Shown in pieces: positions 37,471 through 50,681 of a stretch of DNA of 64,000 nucleotides. The DNA is from Vicugna vicugna. Lineage: Eukaryota. The translations under genes were made by a program, and so were the position numbers. The notes under the pieces were generated by a model. That model saw only the letters and a list, made by a program, of their open reading frames with translations, made no database searches and was not told the DNA's origin. Numbering within the stretch: position 1 is the first letter of the stretch; every line of letters starts with the position of its first letter. Where the stretch lies: NCBI GenBank assembly GCA_013265495.1, contig MU058000.1, positions 2,914,001-2,978,000 of the forward strand, read 5' to 3'.

Positions 37471-37787
37471 AGATTGTGTCAACTCTTAGGTCCAAAAAAT
37501 ACTTTAATTTTGTCATTCGATGGTATGGTTAAACTTTAAAGGTACTGACCATCCACAGCAGAGGAGAAAACTCAATCGTCTTTTCATTTGTATTTAGAAT
37601 GTCAGGAATAATTAAGCATTGGTATAAAGTGTCTTATCTACAGTAAATCCACTGATCTCACAACGAAACAAAGCTGTCTTTAGATTTTATATTTGAAAGT
37701 TCATACACTTTTCATCTTTGTGTTCTCAGTGCCTATCAGTTGATGAGGAAGATTTTTACGTTCAGAATGAACCTAGACTAAGGGTCA

Positions 37788-38301
37788 TGTATTATTCATC
37801 TGTTGCTGAATAACAGATTCTCCTAACATTTAGTAGTTTACAACAACACAGGTTTATTACCTTTAGTTTTCTATGAGTCAGGAAGTTGGATGTGGCTTAG
37901 CTGTCCCTCACCTTCACACCCTCTCAGAAGCAGCAATCAAGGTAACTGCTGAGACTAGGATCTCCTCTGGAGGCTCTGTGATGGAAGGATACACTTTCAC
38001 GGTAGCTCAGGCGGCCATTTTCTCAATTTGTGTTGACAGATTAAGGGCTTTCGTTCCTTGCTGACTAGACCTCTCCCATTTGGAAGCTCACTCTATTAAA
38101 GCGAGCAAGAGAAGGAGTAACTACTACCACTAGCAATGCAGAAGTCACCATCTCTTGTAACCTACTTACAGAAGTGAATTTCCTCAGTATTGCCATCTGC
38201 TGTGGTGTCATAGCAAATTATTCAAGGGGAGAGAGTTACACATGGATGTCAATAACAGGAGGCAAGATTATTGGGAGCTATCTTAAAGGATGCCCGCCAG
38301 A
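37788..38301 (-). mobile_element. MLT1F-type MaLR solo LTR
   Basis: tgtatt...ttagtagtttacaacaacac...tctatgagtcaggaa...caaggggagagagttacac...caggaggcaagattattggg; perfect TSD ggtca (37783-37787 / 38302-38306). Confidence 0.9.
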
Positions 38302-39046
38302 GGTCATCTGTAAAGTCATTTATGATGATACTTCACAAGTAACCTGATGAGATGCCTTGGTTAGATTTTGCTAAGTGTTCTTTCTCGTCATTTTTTTCCC
38401 TATTGCCATTAGCCAGATTCTGGAAAGAGACAAAGAGAAAAACAAGAAAAAGAGGTAGAGTGGGAAGAAAAGGGGGAATATGGGGAAATAAATAAATAGA
38501 AAAGCATTAATTTCTATGAATTTCATTTTTTATTATGCAATCACGTCTGTCTGAATGAGCGATCTGATGGGTGCTACAGTAGATGTTAAAGCAGTATAAA
38601 CCATGGGGGTGGGTGCTGGAGAGAGCTGGCTTAGTAAAGGAAAGATTTATAGTGTGGATGCATATATTAAGAGTTAGAAATATAAATAGCTGTGAAGAGA
38701 ACAAGAACTGGCACTTTTATGGAAGTCAAAGAGCATATGACAGAGCTATTTATGGGCACAGTAACAATGCATTGGATCATGGGATTATTGGTGGAGGATC
38801 TTGTCAAATTATGGTATGATCTTCTTACTGCTCTAATAAATATCACTTGATATCAACCTATTTTAATGAGGACTTATAGGAATAAAAATGCCTAAATTGT
38901 ATATAGGATTTTATGAGTACTATGAGTAGTACGTGTCTGCATCACCACTATCGTATCTCCCATTTTGCACCTCATTCTGTTCTAGCCACTGGGACTACTT
39001 GTCTCCTGCATGTGCCAACCTTCAGACATTTGTACATCCTCCAGTT

Positions 39047-39273
39047 TAGAGTTTCTCAACCTCAGCAGTACTGACATTTTGGACCAGATAATATTTTGTT
39101 GTGGGGGCAGTCCTGTGCACAGCAGGATGGATCACAGCATCCCTGGCTCCTAGCCACTGATTCCAGTAGCAACCCCACGTGGTTATGATAAACAGAAGTG
39201 TCTCCAAACATTACCAAATGCCCTTGGTTGAGGGTGGGGGGAGCACAAAATAATCCTCCTTTGAGAAACACAG
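39047..39273. mobile_element. MER20 hAT-Charlie MITE, inserted in an L2 fragment (~38960-39375)
   Basis: gtttctcaacctcagcagtactgacattttggaccagataat...agtgtctccaaacattaccaaatgccc...ttgagaaacacag; 8-bp TSD ctccagtt/ctctaggt (6/8). Confidence 0.9.
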
Positions 39274-39377
39274 CTCTAGGTATGTTTGCATACTGTTTTC
39301 TTTGTCTGGAAGACTCTACTCAATATCTACTATTGACTGACTCTGACATGCTGTTTAGACGTTACCTCCATTAAGTG

Positions 39378-39602
39378 CAGCCACCTAATGGTGGCAGTAT
39401 GAAGGTGTCTCAGAAAAGTGAAAATAGAATTACTACATGATTCAGCAATTTCATTTCTGGATATACATCCAAACAAAATGAAAACTCCAGATATCTCAAA
39501 GAGACATCTGCACTCACATGTTTATTTAGCATTATTCACAATAGACAAGATATGGAAACCACCTAAGAATCCATTCACAGATGACAGGATTAAAAAAATA
39601 TG

Positions 39603-39649
<47 letters not shown>

Positions 39650-39990
39650 GGAATATTACTCAGTCATGAGAAAGAACAAAATCCTTTCATTTGAAACAAC
39701 ATGGACGGAGCTTATGGGCATTCTGCTAAGCGAAATGAGCCAGACAGAGAAAGACAAATACTGCATGGTATCGTTTATATGGGGAATCTAAGAAAAAAAG
39801 AAAAGACAAAAGAAAAGGTCAAACTCATAGAAACAGAAAGTAGAGAAGTGGTTTCTACGGGCTGCAGGAGGGTGAGAGAAACAGGAAGAATTTGGTAAAA
39901 GGATGCAAACTTCCAGCTATGAGGAATATGATCTGAGGATCTAACGCAAAACATGAAATTGTCATTGACAACATTCATAGTGTAATTGCA
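39378..39990 (+). mobile_element. L1 (L1MA9-like) ORF2 end and 3' UTR, containing (CA)n at 39605-39647
   Basis: gaaaatagaattactacatgattcagcaatt...aacaacatggacggagctt...cagacagagaaagacaaatactgcatg...aaactcatagaaacaga. Confidence 0.9.
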
Positions 39991-40084
39991 CACTTTCTTT
40001 GGGAAGCCTTCCTTTATTCCCTTGAGACTGAAAAAGATGCTTTATTTGGTTCCTGTCTCCGAGTCCCAGGCACAATATTCGGAA

Positions 40085-40200
40085 GGACTGTTTTGATCTT
40101 AGTTCCACTGCATAGGAGCTAGATGGCCATGAGTATTTTATTCAATCTGTCTATGTTTTTTCCCTCATCTATAGAAACAGGATGATAACGTTCATTCTCT
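40085..40200 (+). mobile_element. MIR fragment within L2
   Basis: tttccctcatctatagaaacaggatgataac. Confidence 0.55.
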
Positions 40201-40485
40201 CACAGTGTCTGGCACATACTAAGTACTCAATATGTGTCAGTTGAGACACAAAGGGGATTAGTATAAATACATGCATAGAGTAGCAGAACTGTTTAAGCGT
40301 TCACACAAATTCCCCCCAAAAATATGAGAAACTTGTAAAATATATGCTTCTTTAAATGAAGTTTAAAGACACAGAAAACTCTACTGAGAACTCAATAAAG
40401 AATGACACCTAGGAATAAACAATCTGCATAAAATTAAAAAAAAAAAGAATCAGGGGATGGAAGGAGGGATGGACAGAGGAGATGG

Positions 40486-40970
40486 TGTGGTAGGTAGACT
40501 AGTGTGAATCTGTAAGTATCACCTTACATGGCAATGAGGTTTTGCGGATGTCATTTACTCATGGATCCAAAAACTGGAAAATTATCCTGGATTATCTTGT
40601 GTCCAATATTATCACCAAGGTTCTTTAAAAGATGAAAGAAAGAGGCAGAAGAGCAGAGAAGGAATGTAACAGGAGAAACTGGGATCAGAGTCAGAAAAAG
40701 ATGTGAAAATGCTGTGCTACTACTAGATTTAAAGCCGGAGGAAGGGACCAGGAGCCAAAGAATGCACATCGCTCCTAGAAGCTGGAAAAGCAGAAAACCT
40801 TCGAAAAGGTACCTGGTCGATGAGAGCACAGCCCTGCCAACACCTTGATTTTAGTTCAGTGAAACCCACTGTAGTCTTCTGACCTCCAGATTTATAAGGC
40901 AAATAACTTATACTGTTTTAAGCCACTGAATTTGTGGTAATTTATTGTAACACTAATGAAAAATGAATAG
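40486..40970 (+). mobile_element. MLT1D-type MaLR solo LTR inserted in an L1ME 3' end
   Basis: tgtggtagg...accttacatggcaa...attatcctggattatc...ctagaagctggaaaag...cagccctgccaacaccttgattttag...tgttttaagccact.aatttgtggtaatt. Confidence 0.9.
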
Positions 40971-41065
40971 ATTTATGTGATAAAGCAAATGTGGTCAAAT
41001 GTTAATTGTAGAATACAGATCATGAGTATAGGGGTGTACTCTCAATTTAGGTGTAAGTTTGAAAA

Positions 41066-41375
41066 TTTTTATTTTATTTATTTTTTCTTTTTTTAACATT
41101 TTTTATTGATTTATAATCATTTTACAATGTTGTGTCAAATTCCAGTGTTCAGCACAATTTTTCAGTCATTCATGGACATATACACACTCATTGTCACATT
41201 TTTTTCTCTGTGATTTATCATAACATTTTGTGTATATTTCCCTGTGCTATACAGTGTAATCTTGTTTATCTATTCTACAATTTTGAAATCCCTGTCTATC
41301 CCTTCCCACCCTCTACCCTCCTGGTAACCACAAGTCTGTATTCTCTGTCCATGAGTCTATTTCTGTCCTGTATTT
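41066..41375 (-). mobile_element. Younger camelid L1 subfamily 3' end
   Basis: T-rich tail + taacattttttattgatttataatcattttacaatgttgtgtcaaattccagtgttcagcac...cctggtaaccacaagtctgtattctctg. Confidence 0.9.
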
Positions 41376-42055
41376 CTAAAAAATAAATATTGTATAATCA
41401 CAAAAAGAGAGAAAAAAGATAACATACTGTGGGGAAATGATATTAAAAACTGGATTGGTCAACAAAAAAATTGATTAAAAATTGTTTTATGAATAAGTTT
41501 CGATGTCAAAGATCAGCATTTCCTTCTTAAGTTAATTTCCCTATGGAGATAAATAAAAAGAAATCATATTCACATTTTAGACTATTAGCATTCCATGGAT
41601 GCTAAAAGAATATAAGGTGATAGACTATACACTCCAATCAGAATTAAAATTATGTACCTGGTCTGAGTTCAGGTGAGCTTTCCTGTGATTAGATAGGAAA
41701 GCCATCATCAGAAGCATAATGTAGGTGTGATTCTTTCAGTTTCCAAACGCTAAATTGAAATTACAAAATGCTATTCATTTATTATTTCCTGAAGGGTTCT
41801 CTCAGCATCTCTGGTTTAGTGGACTAGTCACTCTGGGAAATGGAGAGAAGAAATGGATTGGTATCTTTTTGCTATCTTGATATAGATTTGGGGATTAAGG
41901 ACACAAACGAAACTAAATTCATTTGATTTGTTGTTTCAATTTTAATAGGCATTCGCAGGTTTTCTACGCCAATTAGCCCAGTAGACTTCTTTGTATTCTT
42001 GAGATAAATATCAGACCAAATGTTTGCCCTAGTTTCTACATGTAAAAACTGGACA

Positions 42056-42486
42056 TGTTGATACATCTCTGAAGCAGGCACTTTCATTGTCCTGATACTG
42101 ATTTGATTCCAGCTAGCAAAAGTTGCAGTTTTTCTGCCTGAGGGCATCCTCTAGCCAGCAGAGCTGGCTCTGCCCAGGGCAGGGCTGACTGGAAAGTGCT
42201 GGGAATTGGAACCCCCCAGCATAAGTCATTACCAGTGATGGAGGGAGTTGGTGGATAATAGCCTACTCTCCATACCTCGGGTGGAGTAACTGTAGCACAC
42301 TTGTCTCTGATTCTCTTTTGGGGTTAAGCTCCAGTTGTCTACTGCAGTGATGTGCCTAATAACACTCCCTTAATTGGCTTCGTCCCTTCCTGTCTCATTT
42401 ACTGGAACTCCTATTGATGATTCCTTTGGATTACCTCCCAAATAAACTTTAAGAGTTCTCTGCTTTGAGAGAACTCAAACTAAATA
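42056..42486 (+). mobile_element. LTR16-family (ERVL) solo LTR
   Basis: ctgcctgagggc...ggaaagtgctgggaatt...ggagttggtggataa...ttaagctccagttg...ggattacctcccaaataaact. Confidence 0.85.
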
Positions 42487-42853
42487 GTTTCCCACCTTCA
42501 GAAAGGGAATGTTTTTTAAAAATACAAAGCTTTAAAAATTAAAATTAAAAAAATAAAATTATAGAAATCTTTGTACTATATTAACACACTCTGAAAGGTT
42601 CTCTAATTGCCTAAGAATTTACCCTCATCAAAACTAAATACGACACAGTATTCGCGTAACTATTCAATGGAACTGAGTTTTAAAGTCAGCCTCTTCTGCA
42701 AGTACTTAGACGTCTGTTAGCAGGGAAAAAAACAAAACAACTTTCAGTATCCATCTTGATTTGGCCACTTAATTGTATGGATGGAATGAACAAAATGGAA
42801 ATGTTAACTCTGATGACCTATGCATGTGACCTTAGTGATTTCAGACAGCATGA

Positions 42854-43382
42854 CTGAAGTATAGTCAGTTTACAATTTAATTTGTGGTGTACAGCATAAT
42901 GTTTCAGTCATACATATTCATACATATATTTGTTTTCATATTCTTTTTCATTATAGGTTACTACAAGATATTAAATATAGTTCCCTATGCTATGTAGAAG
43001 AAACTTGTTGTTAATCTATTTTATATATACTAGTTAATATTTTGCAAATCTCCAACTTCTAACTTATCCCCTCCCACCACTTTCCCCCACTGGTAACCAT
43101 AGCTTGTTCTCTATGTCTGTGAGTCTGTTTCTGTTTTGTAGATAAGTTCATTAGTGTCTTCTTCTTTTTTTTTTTTTAAGATTCCACATATGAGTGATAT
43201 CATATTGTATTTTTCTTTCTTTCTGGCTTACTTCACCTAGAATGGCAGTCTCCAAGTCCACCCATGTTGCTGCAAATGGCATAATTGTATTGATTTTTAT
43301 GGCTGAGTAGTATTCTATTGTATAAATATACCACAGCTTCTTTACCCAGTCATCTATGGCTGGACATTCAAGTTGTTTCCAT
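42854..43382 (-). mobile_element. Camelid-type L1 3' end
   Basis: tgaagtatagtcagtttacaat...agattccacatatgagtgatatcata...ggctgagtagtattctattg. Confidence 0.92.
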
Positions 43383-44559
43383 TAGACTCAGAGGTTTGAT
43401 CCTCCTGACACTAATTCCACAAACTATTGTTTGATACCACACAACTGGGAATACTGATGTGTCTGTATTTCAGCTATGGGGTTGTTTCATTTACATGAGC
43501 CATGAAGAATCAGCATAACTGAATTTCTTGGCTCTTTTTAGCATCTGTCATATAGAAAAGAGAGAAAACAGAAGAAAGAAAAGTGGCACTTTTAAATATA
43601 CTTAACAAAGCAGTTTCAATAGTAGGAACTTTGAAATATAGAGGTTCAAAAATGGTTAAGATCAACCCAGAGGTAACCGCTATTTCTTTTATCAGTGATT
43701 AGGTTCCCAAGGCTAGCTGATGAATGAGGGTGGGCCTAGGTTTTATTAGGAGTTAAGGGGTACCCTGATGCTGTGCTCTGTGAGAAAGATGTTGCAGTGA
43801 ATGGATACAGAGGCCACACATTCTGAATATCATAGAATTAGTTACCAGCTGTACAGGGTGTCACCTCATTTACCCATCATATTTCTTCAGATAGGTCTTT
43901 GACTCATGGTTTTAAATTCATAAAAGTGTGACAATAACAGGGTTTAGGCCATATAAACATTTATAATTTGGGCTTGCTAGGCATCTCCCCTTCATCTGGT
44001 AAGAGGAATCCAGCTTAACTTTGAGAGATTTTCTTTTATCCCCTTGGTGTGCAGACCTGACGGAATTAGCAATCAAAGAAAAAAAAAAACACCCTTTTTT
44101 CCCTAAGTTTGTGACTCAAACAAGAGCTATGAGATTCTGCTGAGATAATGCTGGTATGTGGAAACTGAAAGTGAGATGAGATAAGAACAACCAAAAAATA
44201 AAAATAAAAATGGGAGATGCTAATCATACTCTGAGAACACTGCCTTGAAATTGTTCCTCAAAAGCCTTCACTAGATAAAGGCCAAGATCATGCTGGCCTG
44301 GCTTCTGTCCATCCTGAGCCTGGTTTACCTTAATTTTGCACATTCAACAGATCACAAAAGGCCATTTCTGTTGCTTAAAAACAATAAATCTTATTTCTCC
44401 TCAAGTCATTTATTTTTCTAATATGCCACTTGATGTTTCCTTTTATTTGGACGGTAGCTTAGGTTTAAAATAATTCTTATTTTATTTTTATTATTTTTTA
44501 TGCAACAATATCTTAATTCCTCTTCATATTTTAGAAACAAAGATTAAAAGTCAATGTGT

Positions 44560-45023
44560 ACTATTAGCTTTTGTACAGCAAAGGAAGCCATCAACAAAAT
44601 GAAAAGACAACCTACTGAATGAGAGAAAGTATTTGTAAATAATGGGACTGATAAGGGATTAATCTCTAAAATATACAAACAGTTCATACAACTCAATATC
44701 AGAAAGATGAACAACCCAATCAAGAAATGAGTAGGAGACTTAAATAGACATTTTTCCAAAGGAGACATCCACGTGGTCGATACGCACATGGAAAGATGCT
44801 CAACATCGTTAATTATGAGAGAAATGCAAATCGGTGAGTTATCACTTCACACTAGGCAGAATGACCATCATCAAAAAGTCTACAAATAATTAAATGCTGC
44901 AGACGGTGTGGAGACAAGGGAGCCCTCACACACTGTTGGTGGGAATGTGAATTGGTGCAGCCACCGTGGAGGATGGTATGGAGGTTCGTTAAAAAATTAA
45001 AAACAGACCTACCATAGGACCCA
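44560..45023 (+). mobile_element. L1 ORF2 C-terminal fragment (disrupted)
   Basis: agcttttgtacagcaaaggaagccatcaacaaaatgaaaagacaacctactgaat ([16 protein letters not shown])...ggaaagatgctcaacatc...cactgttggtgggaatg. Confidence 0.92.
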
Positions 45024-45024
45024 A

Positions 45025-45150
45025 ATCAGTAGACTGAGACTCAAAAATGGTATATAGTTTTTCTAAGCCCATATACGTCGTACAGACAGGAAGTGACAAA
45101 GTGAGGACTTGAACCAGGTCTGTGTGACTACAAACCCTATCGCAGGGCTC
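45025..45150 (-). mobile_element. MIR SINE fragment
   Basis: actgagactca...aagtgacaaagtgaggacttgaaccaggtctgtgtgactacaaacc. Confidence 0.65.
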
Positions 45151-46042
45151 TCCGGTCAGTATAAAAGGGTCTACTATAAAATGCATATTCTCTACATATG
45201 CATTATCTTTCGATTTATTTACTCATGAGACTTAAGTTTGTTTTGTCTTGCTCTATTTTGACTTGTGACTATTTAAGCTTAAGGAAAAAGAAACTGTTTA
45301 TAAATTCCCAAAGACCTTTAAAGCAGAAACAGCTGTTGGGTTCCCTGTATTCCTGAGTGAATACAGATAGCTCTGAGGGGGATGAACTTTAGAATTCACG
45401 TGCGTTGTCATCTTATTCTTAGAGAAAACTTGGGGAAAGCTGTGGGGAATAATTTATTGCATTTTTAATAAAAATAAATGCCCTCACGTAATAGGAAGTG
45501 ACAGTCCTTGATGACATTCACTGATGAAACTGGTTCCTGAATTTCTATTAATAATGCTGAATAATCCGAAGGGAAATTAGATCCTCACCTTTGAACACTG
45601 TTTCTAAAAGGTGAGTAATATATGGGCCCATTTGGGAGACATCTACTCATAAGCCTCTAGTTAAATCATTTTCATACACTGTTAGAGATTTCGTTTTAAA
45701 TGCTTTCCGTTCAGAGTTCTTACGTAGTCAAAACACAAATATAATGTTAACTGTAAGCCGAACTGCAAAGCTAGTACATTTCAAATTAAAACCATTCATT
45801 TCATTCACAAGAGGACATATTTTGTGGAATTTAAGTTGCTGCCTATAGATGACTGTGGTGCCAGCTGCTGTAGTTAAAGGGACTCTAAAATTTGCTGAAC
45901 ATTTATGACACAGCGCTGAAGGTGATGCCATTTCCCCATCATTTTTTTTGTTTTCAAATTTCTGGGCAATTTTAATTCAACTGTGCTATCAAGTCATATT
46001 TTCAATGATTCTTCTAGACATTATCATTAATATAAGTATTTT

Positions 46043-46065
46043 ATCGATCGATCGATCGATCGATC
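46043..46065. repeat. (ATCG)n self-complementary microsatellite
   Basis: atcgatcgatcgatcgatcgatc seen directly, at the tail position of the adjacent antisense L1. Confidence 0.95.
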
Positions 46066-46537
46066 TTCCAGTTTTATTGAGATATAACTGATCTACAGTA
46101 CTGTGTAAGTTTCAAATGTAAACCATAATGATTTGACTCCCCCTGTCAGTTCCTCTCTAGCAACCACCTATGTGTTCCCTTTATTTATAACTGTTTCTGC
46201 TTTGTTATGTTTATTCATTTGTTTTATTTTTTTATATTCTACAGATAAGTAAAATCATAACAGTGTTTTTCTTTCTCTGCCTGACTTATTTCACTTAGTA
46301 TAATACCTTCTAGGCCCATCCATATCATCACAAATGGCAAGTTTTCATATTTTTTATGGCTGAATAATACTCCATTTTATATATATACCATATTTTCTTT
46401 ATTCATCTATTGATGGGCACTTAAGTTGCTTCCACACCTTGGCTATTGTAAATTATGCTGCCATGAACATAGGGGTAAATATATCTTTTCTAATTAGTGT
46501 TTCTGTTTTCTTTAAATAAATATCTAAGAGTGGAATC
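46066..46537 (-). mobile_element. L1 (L1MA9-like) 3' region with internal deletion
   Basis: ttccagttttattgagatataactga...tgacttatttcacttagtataatacc...ttggctattgtaaattatgctgccatgaacatagggg. Confidence 0.9.
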
Positions 46538-46592
46538 CTCTGCAATTTGATAGAACTATTCGGCAACCTAGACTTTGAAAAAAGGCAACTCA

Positions 46593-47095
46593 ATGTTTCA
46601 GTTTGAGTTTTTCTGAAGCAGACTCTAAGACAAAAGCTAATGTATGAATGGTTTGTTTGGAAGTGTGATTTGGGGGAGTCAGGATAGAGGACCTTGAAGG
46701 AGATAGAATAAGTGTGAAATTTCATCCAAAAATATATTATAAAATTGACCACCTCAAAGGAATATTGTTTGCTTGATGCAAGGGCGTTCTAAGAAGATTT
46801 ATGGTGTGTTTAAGAACCTCCCACCTCAGGAGTAAAAAGGGAAATCATTTATCTGTTGGTTCCTCCTCCAACAAGTAAGTATTGTGCTTGCTCGCTTGAC
46901 ACACCCCTCATGGGGCACACACTCAGCAGCAGCAGATCTCTGGGCGGAAAGCCGGAGGGCGTGCCGTGTACTGGGAGGGCTCTGTCGGATTACCCCAGTG
47001 CCAGGCTGCTCACAGACTGTGTGACAGTGTCCACGGCAGCAGTGGCTGGAATAAGTTATGAGGCCAAGGAGTACTGAAGACATGCACCAGAGGGT
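46593..47095 (-). mobile_element. LTR16A-like ERVL solo LTR
   Basis: tgtttcagtttgag...gaagcagactctaagacaaa...ggtttgtttggaagtg...catttatctgttggttcc...cagcagtggctggaataag. Confidence 0.75.
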
Positions 47096-48087
47096 TTCTC
47101 ATTCACTCAGACACTAAAATCTCTGGTGATTTGGACTATTATATCTTTATATAATTAAAACAGTCAGCAGCCACTTAACAGTTGTCATCGAGGGCACATG
47201 CTGACATCCTGCTGAGACTCTTAGCATATCTTACTCATGAATGTCTCAGATAATCATTCTGTGAGTTTAACTCTGGTCCTAGAAATAACTGTACATCAGT
47301 TGCTTTACAGATGTTTTGTCCATATAGGATCTCAGAAAAGGGATAGATTTTTTTTTTCTAAGTAGCTGATTCTTTTAATTCAATTCAACATATTTTGTCA
47401 AATTTTCCTTTTGTATATTCTGCTGTAGGCTGGGAATTCACAAATGACCACACACACTAGGGAGTCCTACAGTCTTGTGGGGAAGGCAAGTATCTAACCT
47501 CCAAATCCAATAGGGTTTTGCAGTTGACTCATGTTCAAAGTGATTGGGAAACCACAGTGTGTGTTTTCTACACATAAAGAGCACATTTCAGTTAAACAAT
47601 GGGCATTCAAAAAATGAGTGGCTTAATTTCAAATGCACTACAACAGTGACAACAACCCTAGTGTGTTACAAAAGGGGAAAATGTAGGAATTCGCATGACC
47701 AATCTAGGTTGATATTCTGAGGCAGTGAGGGGGGAAATTGTTCCCTTGATCTAAATAACATAGTAAACTCCTGCATGTTATATATGGCTTAGGGATTGAA
47801 AACCACTCCTTAGTTTAACTCAAGTGAAATTAGATTAAGAGAAGTGTCATTGTGAGATTTTAAATTTATTCTTAGTCTGTATATTTTTATACCCAATAAG
47901 CTGAACTTGCCAAAAAACCTGTCTTAATTATCTCCTTGAACACTTTTTTGATATGTCTATTCAGACAAATGTGTGCCATTCTTTTCAATGTTAGAAACTC
48001 ATTTAGTAAAACTAAGTCAATAATGTTGCTTCTCTACCAAAATAAGAAATATTTTCTGTCATAGTACACATTGGCTTTGCCAAGATA

Positions 48088-48089
<2 letters not shown>

Positions 48090-48127
<38 letters not shown>
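48090..48127. repeat. (CA)n microsatellite
   Basis: Seen directly. Confidence 0.95.
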
Positions 48128-48129
<2 letters not shown>

Positions 48130-48806
48130 ATCATTTAATGTGCATATAGACATATACATGTTAACATAGATGGCTGAAGAGCAGTTATTTCCAAGCAGTA
48201 ATAAATATTAAGAGTGAAAGTACCTTTTTTTAGGTATAATAATCTTGTGCACATTATTTTTTTCAAAAAAAAAGGACTCAACATAACCATCCTGCCTGTT
48301 GGCAACATTATAAAGACGAAATCAAAAACCTAATGAAGCATAAGAATATTGAATAAATTAATTCTGTTTGTGTTTTCTTTAATACAGCTCTGACAGCCAA
48401 CTGCTTTCAAATATAGCCATTTGTTCTCACTGTGTTACTTTATACAAATAATATGGTGTTATTACTACTTCTTTCATGCTTCCTGGGTAGCATTTTTTAC
48501 GCATATAAAAATTCTTGATCAGTATAAATTTCTGTGGCATTATGTCTTAAAAACGGAAGTATGACACACATTAAAATTTCACCATCTTTCATAATTTCTG
48601 AGGTGGAAATGCTGGGCCCAATGAAACGCAATTTGTAATACACATGCCAATGGTGCCCATCTCTGTTTTAAGTAGATTCTCTAAGTAGGCTGCAATGATT
48701 TTTTATTACTGTTTATAGATAATGTGATTTATTTATATATTTGTTTCTTTCTCTATATGTTTAAGCTTTAAAAAACAAACAAAAAAAAATAGCTCTTAAT
48801 GTTTCC

Positions 48807-49183
48807 TGTTTTAGTCTGTTCAGGCTGCCATGCATCAGCCATAGATCAGGTTATTTAAAGAACAGAAATTCGCTTTCTCACTTCTCTGAGGAATGGAAAG
48901 TCCAAGATCAAGATGCTGGCCGATTTGGTTCCTGGGGAGGTCTTTCTTCCTGGCTTGCAGATGGCCACCTTCCTGCTGTGTCTTCACACGGCAGAGAGTA
49001 AGAGAACACTGGCATCACTTCCTCCTCTTATAAGGGCACTGACCTTATCCACTGAGGGCCCCACCCTTATGACCTTGTTTAATATTAATCATTTCCTCAG
49101 AGACTCTGCCTCCAATGATAATCACATTGGGGGTTAGAGCTTCAACCTATGCATTTGTGGAAGGCACATTTCAGATGATAGTA
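48807..49183 (-). mobile_element. MLT1A-type MaLR solo LTR
   Basis: tgttttagtctgttcaggctgcca...aagtccaagatcaagatgctggc...ttataagggcact...cacattgggggttagagcttcaac; TSD tttcc/cttcc. Confidence 0.9.
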
Positions 49184-49349
49184 CTTCCTTAAATCTAAAA
49201 TCCATTTTCTAACAACTCTATAATGCATACCTCCTGTATCATCTAGTCCAGAGCCACAGTGGCCTCTTCCCTCTTCTCTAAAGATTCTTGTTTAATAACA
49301 ATGCAAAATGTTAAGAATGAAGACTTTGATAACTATCAGGAAGACACAC

Positions 49350-49560
49350 CTGAGTAACCACCACTTATTAGGCATTTACCATATTCCAGGTACTCTGTAT
49401 CCACTGCCTCATTCATCCCTTGGTGCCATTCCATGAGATGTATGTTATTCTGTTCACCTTCCAAGTGAGGAATCTGAGGCGTACGGAGGTGAATTGATGT
49501 TTGCATCATCTGAGTCATGATATAATAAATAACTCCTCTGTTAATGCTCTTTCCTCAATA
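49350..49560 (-). mobile_element. MIR SINE
   Basis: cacttattaggcatttaccatattccaggtactct...gtgaggaatctgaggc. Confidence 0.65.
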
Positions 49561-50681
49561 TTTCTGCCTACTTCTCAATTTTTTAAAACAAGAGCTTCAG
49601 GAACAAGGTTTAGCACTTTGAAGGGAAGTTGACCTGCTATATTGTTACATTTTTCACCTTCAGACTGATTCTATCAGTCTGACCTTAGTCCATTTTAAAG
49701 ATGTGTATATAACTTGTAAGATATAGTGGCTACTTACTACAGAAGTTTTGGAGATTGCTGTTCTGTATTCCTGTAATGATTTAGCATGTACAAAGCAATT
49801 GGAGGAAAGGGGTGAGATTTTACCGAGTCTGCAATTTCTTATATTAAAATACATGTTCTATGCCTAATGTGTGAAAACTCCGACCTTGAACTTCCCCAAG
49901 GGGCTTTGGTTCTCCCATGTTTTTGCTTCTAATGGTTCTCAGTGTGATGCGGTAAACTTGAATCATTTTCAGCCATAGTCTGTACCTGGAGATAAAATGC
50001 TTTCTTTTGTTTGGAGGCAGCAGAACATGACTAGTGGATTATTATTTCTTTGGAGAGATTACTTTCTTCTTTTCACTGGAATTTCTCCAATGCCTCATCC
50101 TTCAGAGAAAGGAAACTCGCCAGCTCATTTTCCATCCTGTGATCCCTACTTCCACCGCCAAATATAACAGTTGACAACTTACATTCTACAGCAATAGAAA
50201 ACATGGAATCCAAGCCCCACCCCCAGCAGGAAGATCAGGCAAAAACTTTCCAGCGTAGGTGGGATTAATCAAAAGTGATAATTCAAGGTTTAAAATGAAT
50301 CATCCAGACCCGTTTTAGTATAAAATGAGATTAAAATGAGAATGTAATCACTTTAGTACCAAAAAATAGAAGGTGGATGGTAACTACTCATTTATAGAAA
50401 GTAAGTCTCCTTGCTTTGCAGAATTCATTCCCATCCAAACTTCAGAGCTTCTGTGTTCTCCACAATTTAATATTGTGATATGCTATGAAATTTCAGTCTT
50501 GAGTTAAAATAAAATTTTCTAAAAAGCTGGAAATTATGGACTTTCTGACACAAGAGTTAGATTTGGTTCCAAGTACTGAAATGACATTGCCTACTGGCTC
50601 AGGTCGACATACCTAGGACAAAATAACAACAGCACCAAAAAAAATTCACAACAAGAAGAAACATTTATTGCCCAATAACTT

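Noticed and set aside
43980..44400. Possible very old MaLR/ERVL LTR
   Set aside because: Only the 3'-like end (tttctgttgctt...aa) is suggestive; family and boundaries cannot be supported
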